Positions 54,444 through 63,509 of a stretch of 64,000 nt of DNA are shown one piece after another. This DNA comes from Chryseolinea sp. GTDB taxonomy: Bacteria > Bacteroidota > Bacteroidia > Cytophagales > Cyclobacteriaceae. How positions within the stretch are numbered: position 1 is the stretch's first letter; the number at the start of each line of letters is the position of its first letter. The notes beneath the pieces are model-generated. The model saw nothing but the letters and a program-made list of their open reading frames with translations. It searched no databases and was not told where the DNA came from. The DNA is taken from NCBI GenBank assembly GCA_036787535.1, contig DAIQPD010000003.1:51505-115504 (forward strand), in the 5' to 3' direction. A program made the position numbers and the translations under genes.

Positions 54444-54533
54444 ATGCCAAGCGGAAAGAAGAGAAAGAAACACAAAATGGCAACTCACAAGCGCAAGAAG
54501 CGTCTTCGTAAGAACAGACACAAGAAGAAGTAA
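54444..54533 (+). CDS. 29-aa Lys/Arg-rich peptide, ribosomal bS22 / AURKAIP1-like
   Basis: MPSGKKRKKHKMATHKRKKRLRKNRHKKK. 20 of 29 residues are K/R/H. Not in the ORF track because it is too short. Confidence 0.6.
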   Translation: MPSGKKRKKHKMATHKRKKRLRKNRHKKK

Positions 54534-54599
54534 TCCTTTCGGGATTATGTCTGTTCATTCAGACTGTACACATCTTTTTACTATTTAATTTCTAGCGTT

Positions 54600-56156
54600 T
54601 TGAGTAACGAACTTATTATTAGTGCAACTCAAGATGGATGTCGTATAGCTCTTCTAAAAGACAAGACGCTCGTAGAATTCCACAACGATGAGGAAGGGAG
54701 CAAATTTAGTGTAGGCGATATTTATCTGGGCACTGTTAAGAAGGTGGTTCAGGGACTCAATGCAGCATTCATTGATGTCGGCTACGAAAAAGATGCGTTC
54801 CTTCATTACCTGGATCTTGGCCCTCAGTTCGGTTCACTTCAAAAGTTTACTAAACTGGTTCGCGGCAAAAAGATCATGGGTGGGAAACTAGAAAAATTTC
54901 ACTCCGAACCGGAAATAGACAAGCATGGGAAAATAACCCAGCAAGTGTCTAAAGGTCAATTGATCCCGGTTCAGATTGTTAAAGAGCCAATTTCAACAAA
55001 AGGGCCTCGATTATCCTGCGAGTTATCCTTAGCCGGGAGATACCTGGTTTTGGTACCATTTTCGAACGTAGTCAGCGTTTCCAGAAAAATCACGAGCGGT
55101 GAGGAACGCAAGCGACTGCTTCGCCTTATCCAATCCATCAAACCCGAAAACTTTGGTGTTATCATTCGTACCGTTGCCGAAGGCAAAGAGGTAGCCGAAT
55201 TAGATCGTGACCTGCGCACGATGGTGACAACCTGGGAAGAAGGTATGACGCGAATGGTTACGGCCAATCCGCGTGACAAAGTCATCGGAGAACTCAGCAA
55301 AACTTCATCGTTGCTTCGCGACATTGTGAACGAATCGTTCGACAATATTCACGTAGACGACAAAAAGATATTTGATGAGGTGAGAGCCTACATCCATACC
55401 AATGCTCCCGACAAGGAGAAGATTGTAAAGATGTACACTGGCAAAGCCAAGATATTCGAGCATTACGGCATCGAACGTCAAATCAAATCGGCCTTCGGAC
55501 AAACTGTTAGTTTAAAGGCAGGTGGCTACCTCATCATTGAGCATACTGAAGCGCTTCATGTTATTGATGTTAACAGTGGTAACAAATCGAATCGTGAAGA
55601 AAATCAGGAAACAACTGCGTTATCGGTTAACATAGAAGCAGCAAAAGAGATTGCCCGGCAATTGCGCCTTCGCGATATGGGTGGAATCATCGTGGTGGAT
55701 TTCATCGACATGAAAAACCCCGAGAACAAAAAGCTCATCTTCAAAATCATGAAAGATGAGATGGAGGAAGACAAAGCAAAGTCTACAGTTCTTCCCCTCT
55801 CGAAGTTTGGCTTGATGCAAATTACTCGTGAGCGTGTTCGTCCTCAGATGAACATCGTTACCAAAGAAGTTTGTCCTACCTGTAATGGTACTGGAAAAAT
55901 TCTTGCCTCTATTTTAGTTACAGATCAGATTGAAAAACACGTAGAACATCTTTTCGCGAAGCAGAATGAAAAGGGTTTGGTACTGGCTTTACATCCGTAC
56001 GTTCAAGCGTACTTTACAAAAGGAATTATTTCACAACGCGTAAAATGGTTCTTCAAATACAAACGCTGGGTCAATCTCATTGTTGATTCATCGATGGGTA
56101 TTACTGAATTCAAGTTCCTGAATAAGGAAGGTGAGGAGATTCAGTTGAATGCGTAG
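54600..56156 (+). CDS. rng: ribonuclease E/G family endoribonuclease
   Basis: 518 aa with TTG start. S1 domain GDIYLGTVKKVVQGLNAAFIDVG, catalytic-region HVIDVNSG, Zn-link CPTCNGTG. Confidence 0.92.
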   Translation: MSNELIISATQDGCRIALLKDKTLVEFHNDEEGSKFSVGDIYLGTVKKVVQGLNAAFIDVGYEKDAFLHYLDLGPQFGSLQKFTKLVRGKKIMGGKLEKFHSEPEIDKHGKITQQVSKGQLIPVQIVKEPISTKGPRLSCELSLAGRYLVLVPFSNVVSVSRKITSGEERKRLLRLIQSIKPENFGVIIRTVAEGKEVAELDRDLRTMVTTWEEGMTRMVTANPRDKVIGELSKTSSLLRDIVNESFDNIHVDDKKIFDEVRAYIHTNAPDKEKIVKMYTGKAKIFEHYGIERQIKSAFGQTVSLKAGGYLIIEHTEALHVIDVNSGNKSNREENQETTALSVNIEAAKEIARQLRLRDMGGIIVVDFIDMKNPENKKLIFKIMKDEMEEDKAKSTVLPLSKFGLMQITRERVRPQMNIVTKEVCPTCNGTGKILASILVTDQIEKHVEHLFAKQNEKGLVLALHPYVQAYFTKGIISQRVKWFFKYKRWVNLIVDSSMGITEFKFLNKEGEEIQLNA

Positions 56157-56163
56157 CGGTTTT

Positions 56164-56189
56164 GAGTTAACCGTTAATGGTTAATAATG
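56164..56189. repeat. TTAAC-word element
   Basis: GAGTTAACCGTTAATGGTTAATAATG. The reverse complement contains TTAACCATTAACGGTTAAC. Confidence 0.55.
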
Positions 56190-56198
56190 AAAGATGTT

Positions 56199-56241
56199 AA
56201 AACAGAAGAGGCTGATCATAGTGATCAGCCTCTTCTGTTTT
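56199..56241. terminator. perfect 20-bp stem / 3-nt loop hairpin between convergent genes
   Basis: AAAACAGAAGAGGCTGATCA-tag-TGATCAGCCTCTTCTGTTTT. Confidence 0.85.
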
Positions 56242-56321
56242 AAACACCTCTTAATTAAATTAGTTTGACCAATTCAATCGATAAGGGATTTATTCTGCAT
56301 TTAATAAATCAAAATTGAAAA

Positions 56322-56762
56322 TCACTTCGGTGTAACAATCCCCGCAAAAGTCTGACGAATAATTTTTCCGTTCTGAACTATGAAAGAATCACTGCCATAC
56401 TCAAACTTAATTTTGGGAGCATCGCACTCCCAGATAATGTAGGCAAGATCTTTCACTACCAAACTCTTATTCATTTTAAAATTGATTGAATCCTTTGGTA
56501 GCATCGTAAAGACTCTTGCAAAGTTATCGCGAATCTCAGTAATGCCTTTCAGGGTATTGTTGGGTGTAACCAATACCGATTCTTCCGTGTAATCTGCCAT
56601 GATACCCTCCAGGTCATTGCCAAGAAAAGTCTTCATGTGGTGATCCAAAACCGATTGAGTAGTCACCTCATCAATGGATGATGATGATTGTTCAACTTTG
56701 GTTTTGTCTGCGCAAGCCGCTACAAACATCAAAGTCACAATAGGTAAAATGATTTTTCTCAT
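56322..56762 (-). CDS. NTF2/SnoaL-like lipoprotein
   Basis: 146 aa. Lipobox FVAAC. Size and pattern are SnoaL-like. Confidence 0.6.
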   Translation of the reverse strand: MRKIILPIVTLMFVAACADKTKVEQSSSSIDEVTTQSVLDHHMKTFLGNDLEGIMADYTEESVLVTPNNTLKGITEIRDNFARVFTMLPKDSINFKMNKSLVVKDLAYIIWECDAPKIKFEYGSDSFIVQNGKIIRQTFAGIVTPK

Positions 56763-56824
56763 AGCACGTTGTTTAGGATATTCAAGAATTAAATTTCTAA
56801 GACAGTCTTCGGTTCATTTACAAA

Positions 56825-57181
56825 TTAGTTCTCATGCTTTTTCTCTTTCATCAAATCCGCAATCAAGCTATTGAAAACTGACATGATAAGACTAAATGCC
56901 AATGCCCACCAAAATCCATCTACTGAAAACCCATCCACAAAATAATCCACCATCAAAATAATAATGGCATTGATGGCCAGTAGAAATAATCCCAACGTGA
57001 AAATGGTAATGGGAATAGTAAGGATGATGAGAATAGGTTTTACAATTACATTGGCAATAGAAATGAGTGCTGCCACGAGCAAGGCATATAGGAAGCTCTC
57101 AACATGAACACCCTTTGAAAGAAGGTAGGACGTTGCAAATACTGCTAAACCAGAAAGAAAAAATCGAACAATGCCATTCAT
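56825..57181 (-). CDS. DUF360 / phage-holin-4-like small membrane protein
   Basis: 118 aa with four hydrophobic segments. ANVIVKPILIILTIPITIFTLGLF is typical of the family. Confidence 0.75.
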   Translation of the reverse strand: MNGIVRFFLSGLAVFATSYLLSKGVHVESFLYALLVAALISIANVIVKPILIILTIPITIFTLGLFLLAINAIIILMVDYFVDGFSVDGFWWALAFSLIMSVFNSLIADLMKEKKHEN

Positions 57182-57211
57182 GTTTTAATATTTATCTGTT
57201 GAAATTTCATT

Positions 57212-57255
57212 TGCCACGAAGTCACAAGGACACAAAGGAGTCACAAAGTTTAAAC
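57212..57255. repeat. CACGAAG/CACAAAG-word element, copy 2
   Basis: GCCACGAAGTCACAAGGACACAAAGGAGTCACAAAGTTTAAAC. Confidence 0.65.
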
Positions 57256-57260
57256 CATCA

Positions 57261-57461
57261 TCATCCACAACCCAGATTCTTTTTCAGATTGCGTTCCGGC
57301 AAACCCCCAAAATCAAATGAATCATCCGTCTTCTCGGAAGATGTATTTGTTTCTGATCTAGTCTCCTTCGCTTTAACCTCTTTCAGCTTCGTACCTTCAG
57401 CCTTAAGCTTTTTGCTCCCCGCTTTCCGCTTCTTACTTTCTGCTTTCCGCTTCTCCTCCAT
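57261..57461 (-). CDS. possible 66-aa Lys-rich protein ending FDFGGLPERNLKKNLGCG
   Basis: The ORF lies between divergent feoA and co-directional DUF360. The Lys-rich N-terminal half is encoded by a locally repetitive stretch. No family recognised. Confidence 0.4.
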   Translation of the reverse strand: MEEKRKAESKKRKAGSKKLKAEGTKLKEVKAKETRSETNTSSEKTDDSFDFGGLPERNLKKNLGCG

Positions 57462-57522
57462 CCCCCAAACTTCAACAAAAAACTAAACATCTTCTAAACT
57501 CGAAATCTGATGTAAATCATTG

Positions 57523-57550
57523 TTTGGGTGCTGAACCACTTCTATATTTG
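57523..57550 (+). promoter_or_regulatory. candidate Bacteroidota promoter for feoAB (-33 TTTG, -7 TATATTTG)
   Basis: TTTG at 57523-57526 and TAnnTTTG at 57543-57550, spaced 20 nt start to start, 32 nt before the ATG. Confidence 0.45.
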
Positions 57551-57581
57551 CCTTGTTTAAAATTAATCTAAATAAGTTAAA

Positions 57582-57815
57582 ATGAGCGAAGGCGCCAGGA
57601 ATGTTGCTCAAATGCGGCCAGGAGAGGTAGCCATTGTCTCTGGATTTAGTGATGAATACCTGTCCGTTAAGCTCATGGAAATGGGTTGTCTTCCCGGTGC
57701 CGCAATCCGATTTAATTTTACAGCTCCCTTTGGTGATCCGGTTTGTATAAGCGTTTCAGGCTACGAACTATCACTGCGACTGGAAGAAGCCGCCACCATT
57801 TCAATTCTGAATTAA
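57582..57815 (+). CDS. feoA: ferrous iron transport protein A
   Basis: 77 aa, SH3-like FeoA pattern (LMEMGCLPGA). TAATG overlap with feoB. Confidence 0.88.
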   Translation: MSEGARNVAQMRPGEVAIVSGFSDEYLSVKLMEMGCLPGAAIRFNFTAPFGDPVCISVSGYELSLRLEEAATISILN

Positions 57816-59935
57816 TGGCAGCTCCACATCGGCCAAAAATTGCCCTTCTCGGAAACCCCAATTCGGGTAAGTCTTCTTTGTTCAATCATCTAACCGGATT
57901 AAATCAGAAGATTGGAAATTTTCCAGGGGTAACGGTTGAAAAGAAGTCAGGATTTTGTGCATTACCCGATGGCTCTACTGCAGAGATCATTGACTTGCCC
58001 GGGATCTATAGTATTTATCCTCGAAGTTTGGATGAACAGATTGTCGCAGAAATATTACTCGATCATCATTCTCCCTCAACTCCTGAAAAAATTGTAGTGA
58101 TTGCAGATGCCACCAATTTAAAACGTGGGTTCTTATTACTTACTCAAATTATTGACCTCGGCCTTCCAACAATACTCGCACTTAACATGATGGATCTGGT
58201 TGCAAAGGCCGGCATCAGTTATGATTTTATTTCGCTTTCTAAAAAATTAGGTGTCCCCGTTGTTCCTATAAATTCCCGCAATGGCATTGGCCTGGAACCT
58301 CTGAAAGAATTGCTATCCAAACCAATTGCCCCTCCTTCCAAACCTGTATTCACAATCTGGAAAGAAGCGGATGGTGCCATCAGAGAACTTCGCACAACAC
58401 TTGGGCTCGATAATGATTATGAAGCGTATCAGTTTTTAGAACAACCAGCTTCTCTTAAGTTTTTGCCTCCCCAGAAAAAGCAAATCGTTGATTCAGTTCG
58501 TTCGAAGTATGATTTCTTTCCCGGAAAATTTCAAGGTGCAGAAACCATCCTCCGCTATGGTTTCATTCAGGACTTACTCAGCGATGTAACATTAAAAAAC
58601 ACAGACAACTCCTGGAAAAAATATTCGAGCCAACTCGATAAAATTCTAACACACAAAATCGGAGGTTATCTTATTTTCTTCGGCATTCTGTTTCTCATTT
58701 TCCAATCCATTTTTGCCTGGGCCCAGGCGCCAATGGATTTCATTGACGGTCTGTTTGCACAAATTAGTTCTTCTCTCTCCAACATTTTACCGGAAGGACC
58801 ACTTACTCGTTTACTCACCGAAGGAATTATTCCAGGAATTGGTGGCATTTTAATCTTCGTTCCTCAGATCGCCATACTGTTTGCCTTCATTTCCATTCTT
58901 GAAGAATCCGGCTACATGGCACGTGTTGTTTTTCTGATGGATAAGGTAATGCGCAAATTTGGTTTGAACGGGAAAAGTGTGGTCCCCCTTATGTCAGGCG
59001 TTGCGTGTGCCATTCCGGCTATCATGGCAACACGAACCATCGACAATTGGAAAGAGCGCCTCATTACCATTATGGTAACACCATTGATGAGTTGTTCTGC
59101 ACGATTACCTGTATTTACCATTCTCATTGCGCTTATTGTTCCCGATCAAAAAGCACTTGGCTTCTTCAACTTACAAGGTCTTGCATTAATGGGCTTGTAC
59201 CTTTTGGGTTTTGTTGCAGCACTTGGTTCAGCATGGGTGATGAACCTCCTCATCCGCGTAAAAGAAAGAAGTTTCCTAATGATGGAACTGCCTACCTATC
59301 GTGTTCCCAAATGGTCGAACGTAGGTTTCACCATCTTAGAAAAAACAAAGGCCTTTGTTTGGGAAGCTGGTAAGGTAATTCTCGCCATATCCATCATACT
59401 TTGGGTATTGGCCAGTTACGGTCCGGGTGATTCGCTTCATAACGCAAGAGAAGCTGTGCAAGCAGAATCAACCAACCTTCGTCTAACTGAACAAGGTTTT
59501 GAAGATCGCGTGGCTGCGTATAAACTCGAACACTCTTATGCTGGCATTATCGGTAAAGGTATCGAGCCGGTTATCAGGCCATTGGGTTTTGATTGGAAGA
59601 TTGGTATTGCATTGATTACCTCCTTCGCTGCGCGCGAAGTTTTCGTTGGAACGATGGCTACCATCTACAGCATCGGCAGTGTTAACGAAGACGATGCAGC
59701 AACCATTAAAGAACGTATGAGTCAGGAAATAAATCCTGAAACGGGTGGCCCACGCTTTACCCCTGCAGTCGGGTTCTCCTTACTTGTTTTCTATACTTTC
59801 GCTATGCAGTGTATGAGCACCATTGCTGTTGTTTATCGCGAAACAAAAGGCTGGAAGTGGCCAATGATTCAACTCGTTTATATGACCGCCTTGGCCTACC
59901 TATCGGCATTCGCTGTGTTTCAAATTCTTTCGTAA
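57815..59935 (+). CDS. feoB: ferrous iron transporter B
   Basis: G1 motif GNPNSGKSSLFN, DLPG G3 motif, large polytopic C-terminal domain. Start set at the ATG overlapping the feoA stop. Confidence 0.93.
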   Translation: MAAPHRPKIALLGNPNSGKSSLFNHLTGLNQKIGNFPGVTVEKKSGFCALPDGSTAEIIDLPGIYSIYPRSLDEQIVAEILLDHHSPSTPEKIVVIADATNLKRGFLLLTQIIDLGLPTILALNMMDLVAKAGISYDFISLSKKLGVPVVPINSRNGIGLEPLKELLSKPIAPPSKPVFTIWKEADGAIRELRTTLGLDNDYEAYQFLEQPASLKFLPPQKKQIVDSVRSKYDFFPGKFQGAETILRYGFIQDLLSDVTLKNTDNSWKKYSSQLDKILTHKIGGYLIFFGILFLIFQSIFAWAQAPMDFIDGLFAQISSSLSNILPEGPLTRLLTEGIIPGIGGILIFVPQIAILFAFISILEESGYMARVVFLMDKVMRKFGLNGKSVVPLMSGVACAIPAIMATRTIDNWKERLITIMVTPLMSCSARLPVFTILIALIVPDQKALGFFNLQGLALMGLYLLGFVAALGSAWVMNLLIRVKERSFLMMELPTYRVPKWSNVGFTILEKTKAFVWEAGKVILAISIILWVLASYGPGDSLHNAREAVQAESTNLRLTEQGFEDRVAAYKLEHSYAGIIGKGIEPVIRPLGFDWKIGIALITSFAAREVFVGTMATIYSIGSVNEDDAATIKERMSQEINPETGGPRFTPAVGFSLLVFYTFAMQCMSTIAVVYRETKGWKWPMIQLVYMTALAYLSAFAVFQILS

Positions 59936-59986
59936 GTATAGGTCTGTAACTTTCAGAATTCTTATCTTTCCATTCATTCTTTCACT

Positions 59987-60367
59987 ATGAACAAAAACTA
60001 TCAACTTGGTCTATTGTATTTGGTGCATCTTCTGGTGAGTGCCGATGGTGTAGTCGATGAAAAAGAAATGGGTGCCCTTCAAAAAATAAGAGAAAAAGAA
60101 AAAGTGAGCGATGATACTTTTCGGGAATTTGAGTTAACAGTCCAGCAAAAAAAAGAGCGCGACATTTACCAAACTGGAATTGAAATGCTCAATCAATGTA
60201 CCGATCAGGAAAAAACAAATGCTTTTGTGATCATGTACAAAATGTCGGAAGTAGATGGACGGGTTCACGTTAAAGAAGTGAGGCTTTTGTTATACTCCAT
60301 CAAAATGACAGGTATTGAATTTGATGATGTGGTGAATGTGGCAAAGGCAACGCCTTCATTCTTTTAA
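59987..60367 (+). CDS. TerB-like domain protein
   Basis: 126 aa. LLVSADGVVDEKEMGAL and MSEVDGRVHVKEVRLL paired-helix repeats are typical of the TerB fold. Confidence 0.6.
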   Translation: MNKNYQLGLLYLVHLLVSADGVVDEKEMGALQKIREKEKVSDDTFREFELTVQQKKERDIYQTGIEMLNQCTDQEKTNAFVIMYKMSEVDGRVHVKEVRLLLYSIKMTGIEFDDVVNVAKATPSFF

Positions 60368-60450
60368 GAAAATATAGAATTTCAAATATGCAGGTTAAAT
60401 GTTAATCGCGGGTATATGGTTGAATGTGATCAACCGCACTAAATCCGTAA

Positions 60451-60484
60451 GACCATTAACCATTAACTTTTAACGATTAACAGG
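60451..60484. repeat. TTAAC-word element
   Basis: GACCATTAACCATTAACTTTTAACGATTAACAGG, immediately before the purK start. Confidence 0.55.
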
Positions 60485-60486
60485 TT

Positions 60487-61626
60487 TTGAACTCATCTTT
60501 TCATCATCATTTTAAGCTCGGAATTTTAGGTGGCGGTCAACTTGGCCGTATGCTTATTCAGTCGGGCATCGACTTTAACATTCCCTTTCGTGTACTCGAT
60601 CCTGATGCACATGCACCCTGCTCTACTTTATGCGAATTTCATCATGGTAAACTTACCGATTTTGATACCGTACTGAAGTTCGGGTCAGCTTGCGATATCA
60701 TTACAATAGAAATTGAAAATGTAAATACCACTGCTCTGAAAGAGTTGGTAAAACAAGGGAAAAAAGTTTTCCCTCAACCAGAAGTGATCGAATTAATTCA
60801 GGATAAGAGAACTCAAAAGGTTTTTTTTCGCAACATCGGAATACCTACTGCTGAATTTTTGTTGGTTGAAAATGCTGTGGATGTAAAACGTCATATTGAT
60901 TTTTTTCCGGCCGTAAACAAACTTGGACGTGAAGGATACGATGGACGTGGCGTACAAATTTTAGACAATGAAGCAGATGCCGACAAAGCTTTTGATGCAC
61001 CCGGTATTCTGGAAAAGCGAATTGATTTTGAAAAAGAAATAGCTGTAATCGTAGCCCGAAATTCAAATGGAGAAGTGAAGACTTTCCCATCAGTTGAAAT
61101 GGTTTTTCATCCGGTTCAAAACCTCGTTGAATATCTCTTTGCTCCCACTGACCTTCCGCAAAATATTTTGAATGAAGCGGATGCTATTGCGCGCAAAATC
61201 ATTCACAAACTAGATATGGTTGGACTATTAGCTGTTGAAATGTTTGTTACTAAAGACCACAAGGTATTGGTAAACGAAATTGCTCCTCGTCCACATAACA
61301 GCGGTCATCAAACCATCGAGGCCAACACAACCTCTCAATACGAGCAGCACTTACGATCTATTTTAAATCTTCCGTTGGGCAACACAAGTCTTTTACTTCC
61401 TAGTGCTATGGTAAACTTGCTAGGGGAACCGGGATTTGAAGGTGAGGCAAAATATGTGGGCTTTGAGGAAGTGATGAAGATCGAGGGCGTACATGTGCAC
61501 CTGTATGGAAAGCGAATAACAAAACCGTTTCGCAAAATGGGCCACGTTACAATTGTTGACAAGGATGTAGAGAGTTTGAAAAAGAAAGCCAACTTTGTAA
61601 AGCAAACTTTAAAAATAATGGCCTGA
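60487..61626 (+). CDS. purK: 5-(carboxyamino)imidazole ribonucleotide synthase
   Basis: 379 aa with TTG start. ILGGGQLGRM and ATP-grasp motifs. Confidence 0.92.
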   Translation: MNSSFHHHFKLGILGGGQLGRMLIQSGIDFNIPFRVLDPDAHAPCSTLCEFHHGKLTDFDTVLKFGSACDIITIEIENVNTTALKELVKQGKKVFPQPEVIELIQDKRTQKVFFRNIGIPTAEFLLVENAVDVKRHIDFFPAVNKLGREGYDGRGVQILDNEADADKAFDAPGILEKRIDFEKEIAVIVARNSNGEVKTFPSVEMVFHPVQNLVEYLFAPTDLPQNILNEADAIARKIIHKLDMVGLLAVEMFVTKDHKVLVNEIAPRPHNSGHQTIEANTTSQYEQHLRSILNLPLGNTSLLLPSAMVNLLGEPGFEGEAKYVGFEEVMKIEGVHVHLYGKRITKPFRKMGHVTIVDKDVESLKKKANFVKQTLKIMA

Positions 61627-61627
61627 T

Positions 61628-62137
61628 ATGAGCAAAGCTGAAGTGGGTATTATTATGGGCAGCGATTCTGATCTAACGATCATGAAAGAAGCCGCTCTTG
61701 TTTTAGAAGAGTTAGGCGTAGAATATGAACTCACCGTTGTGTCCGCACACCGAACTCCGCTTCGCATGGTTGAGTATGCTCAATCTGCCAGAGGCAAAGG
61801 CATTAAAGTAATTATTGCCGGAGCCGGAGGGGCAGCACATTTACCTGGCATGGTAGCATCACTAACCTCCTTGCCCGTTATTGGTGTTCCGGTAAAGTCA
61901 TCCAACTCAATTGATGGCTGGGATTCTGTCCTTTCCATCCTACAAATGCCAGGCGGAGTGCCTGTGGCAACAGTAGCATTGAATGGAGCTCGCAACGCGG
62001 GAATATTGGCCGTCCAAATCTTAGGAACGAATAATGGTTCGCTAGCCCAACGTCTCGACAGCTTCAAAGACTCCCTTAAAACTAAGGTGGAATCTACCGC
62101 CAAAAACATCGAGTCAAAAGGCTGGAAAGACCTTTGA
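61628..62137 (+). CDS. purE: 5-(carboxyamino)imidazole ribonucleotide mutase
   Basis: 169 aa. IMGSDSDL and AGGAAHLPGM motifs. Confidence 0.95.
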   Translation: MSKAEVGIIMGSDSDLTIMKEAALVLEELGVEYELTVVSAHRTPLRMVEYAQSARGKGIKVIIAGAGGAAHLPGMVASLTSLPVIGVPVKSSNSIDGWDSVLSILQMPGGVPVATVALNGARNAGILAVQILGTNNGSLAQRLDSFKDSLKTKVESTAKNIESKGWKDL

Positions 62138-62194
62138 AATATTTGTTTTCTTCTATAAAGCAAAATTCTGTAATTTCAATCGATAATTGAATCC

Positions 62195-63472
62195 ATGAAT
62201 ACGAACGAAAAAGGCTGGCTTAAAGAATACATCGAGTTCCGAAAGGACCTTTTAAAAGATGTTTTTGTTGGTCAAAACAAAAAATCCTCTCATCCAGAAC
62301 ACTCCCTTTACAGCATTATTCAGCCTACGGGATTGATGTATGGACAATCGGTTGGAGAACTTGATGTTCCTGATCAGGAATCATGGTCAGAAAAAGATCG
62401 CATGAAAGTTTTGCTGGCTGAGAGTCTAATCAGCAGTTCGTTATTATTTTATGACAAACCCGTAAACTCACCCGAAGAATTTTCAAGAGTAGTTTCACAG
62501 ACGCTTGAGAGTATTGGCAGTTTTTACAATACTATTTTCCCTGAACTCGCTATTCCAACCAAAACTTTTTTTGGTGGAAAAAGGTCACCCATTGAATTAG
62601 CTGAGAAGATTCTGGATAAAAGAGTTGACCACACTGATTCTTTTAAAGGAAATTTCTGGACTTACTTCTTTCACAATAGCTTATTGTTCCTTGATATTTT
62701 TATTTATGGACAATGGATACACACCAATGCCGATCGCATCGTAGCCGATTTCTTCCGCTATGAACGTGATGAGTTACGGTTTTCCGTTGTAAAAGTAATT
62801 TCAGCTGCCTCGCATGCCAATAGAGTAATTGCATTTGAGGAAAGAAGACTTTTTGAATTTTTTATTCAAAGCACGGATCTTTCACTTGATCAAAAAAACG
62901 AGGCGCTGAGAATTTTTGAAGAAGGAATTTCTGTTGAAGACATTGATCTGCCATCAGAAAATTCATGGATTCTTAAAAAGTTTTTTCTCGAGATGGCCAT
63001 TCTTACCATCTGGTCCGATAAGGTTATTGATCAAAGTGAGCTTGACTTCTTAAGACGTTTCTGTCATTACTTGAATTTCTCAGATGAAGATCTTGATTAC
63101 AGTCTGGTAGCAATTGAAGGGTTTGTTCTGGAACATTGGTCACAACTGGAATATCTGCAAAACAAAAAGAACTACAACGAAGTAAGCGATATGTTTATTA
63201 AACGTGTTTCGCGTATTGCCGATAAAAACAAAGCGATGCTGATGAGAGGCCTTCAACAAAACGATGTTGTACTTGACCTGCTTCGGAAGGCTCGATTCAA
63301 CGAACTTTCATTGGAGGAGAAAGAACTTGTTCGAAAAGAACTTATTCAACTTCTCAAATCAATCCCTACTTTGAGTATCGTTTCAATGCCTCATCATTTT
63401 TTAACACTTCCTATTTTGCTAAAGATTCTGCCAAAGAGTTTATTTGCAGAAGGAGTGGATGCTGGTAAGTAA
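62195..63472 (+). CDS. hypothetical protein with TerB-like repeat and LETM1-like C-terminal segment
   Basis: 425 aa. WSDKVIDQSELDFLRRF is TerB-like. The C-terminal LSLEEKELVRKELIQLLKSIPTLSIV is reminiscent of LETM1-related proteins. Weak assignment. Confidence 0.45.
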   Translation: MNTNEKGWLKEYIEFRKDLLKDVFVGQNKKSSHPEHSLYSIIQPTGLMYGQSVGELDVPDQESWSEKDRMKVLLAESLISSSLLFYDKPVNSPEEFSRVVSQTLESIGSFYNTIFPELAIPTKTFFGGKRSPIELAEKILDKRVDHTDSFKGNFWTYFFHNSLLFLDIFIYGQWIHTNADRIVADFFRYERDELRFSVVKVISAASHANRVIAFEERRLFEFFIQSTDLSLDQKNEALRIFEEGISVEDIDLPSENSWILKKFFLEMAILTIWSDKVIDQSELDFLRRFCHYLNFSDEDLDYSLVAIEGFVLEHWSQLEYLQNKKNYNEVSDMFIKRVSRIADKNKAMLMRGLQQNDVVLDLLRKARFNELSLEEKELVRKELIQLLKSIPTLSIVSMPHHFLTLPILLKILPKSLFAEGVDAGK

Positions 63473-63509
63473 ATAACTTATTTCTTCAAGCCATATCAAA
63501 AGCTTGCAA

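Noticed and set aside
56825-57181. Prophage remnant suggested by the phage-holin-like family name
   Set aside because: It is a single DUF360-type membrane gene with no lysin, capsid, tail, integrase or att-like features nearby. This family is widespread as a chromosomal gene.
5827-57255. CRISPR array hypothesis for the short repeated words
   Set aside because: The repeats are not regularly spaced direct repeats with unique spacers. They are inverted or tandem words within 40-125-nt elements scattered kilobases apart, and no cas genes are present.
57067-57486. 139-aa plus-strand ORF spanning the DUF360 start, the CACGAAG repeat and the Lys-rich ORF
   Set aside because: It is antisense to two minus-strand ORFs and runs through a repeat element. 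Its Ser/Phe/Leu-rich composition is simply the complement of the Lys/Glu-rich frame.
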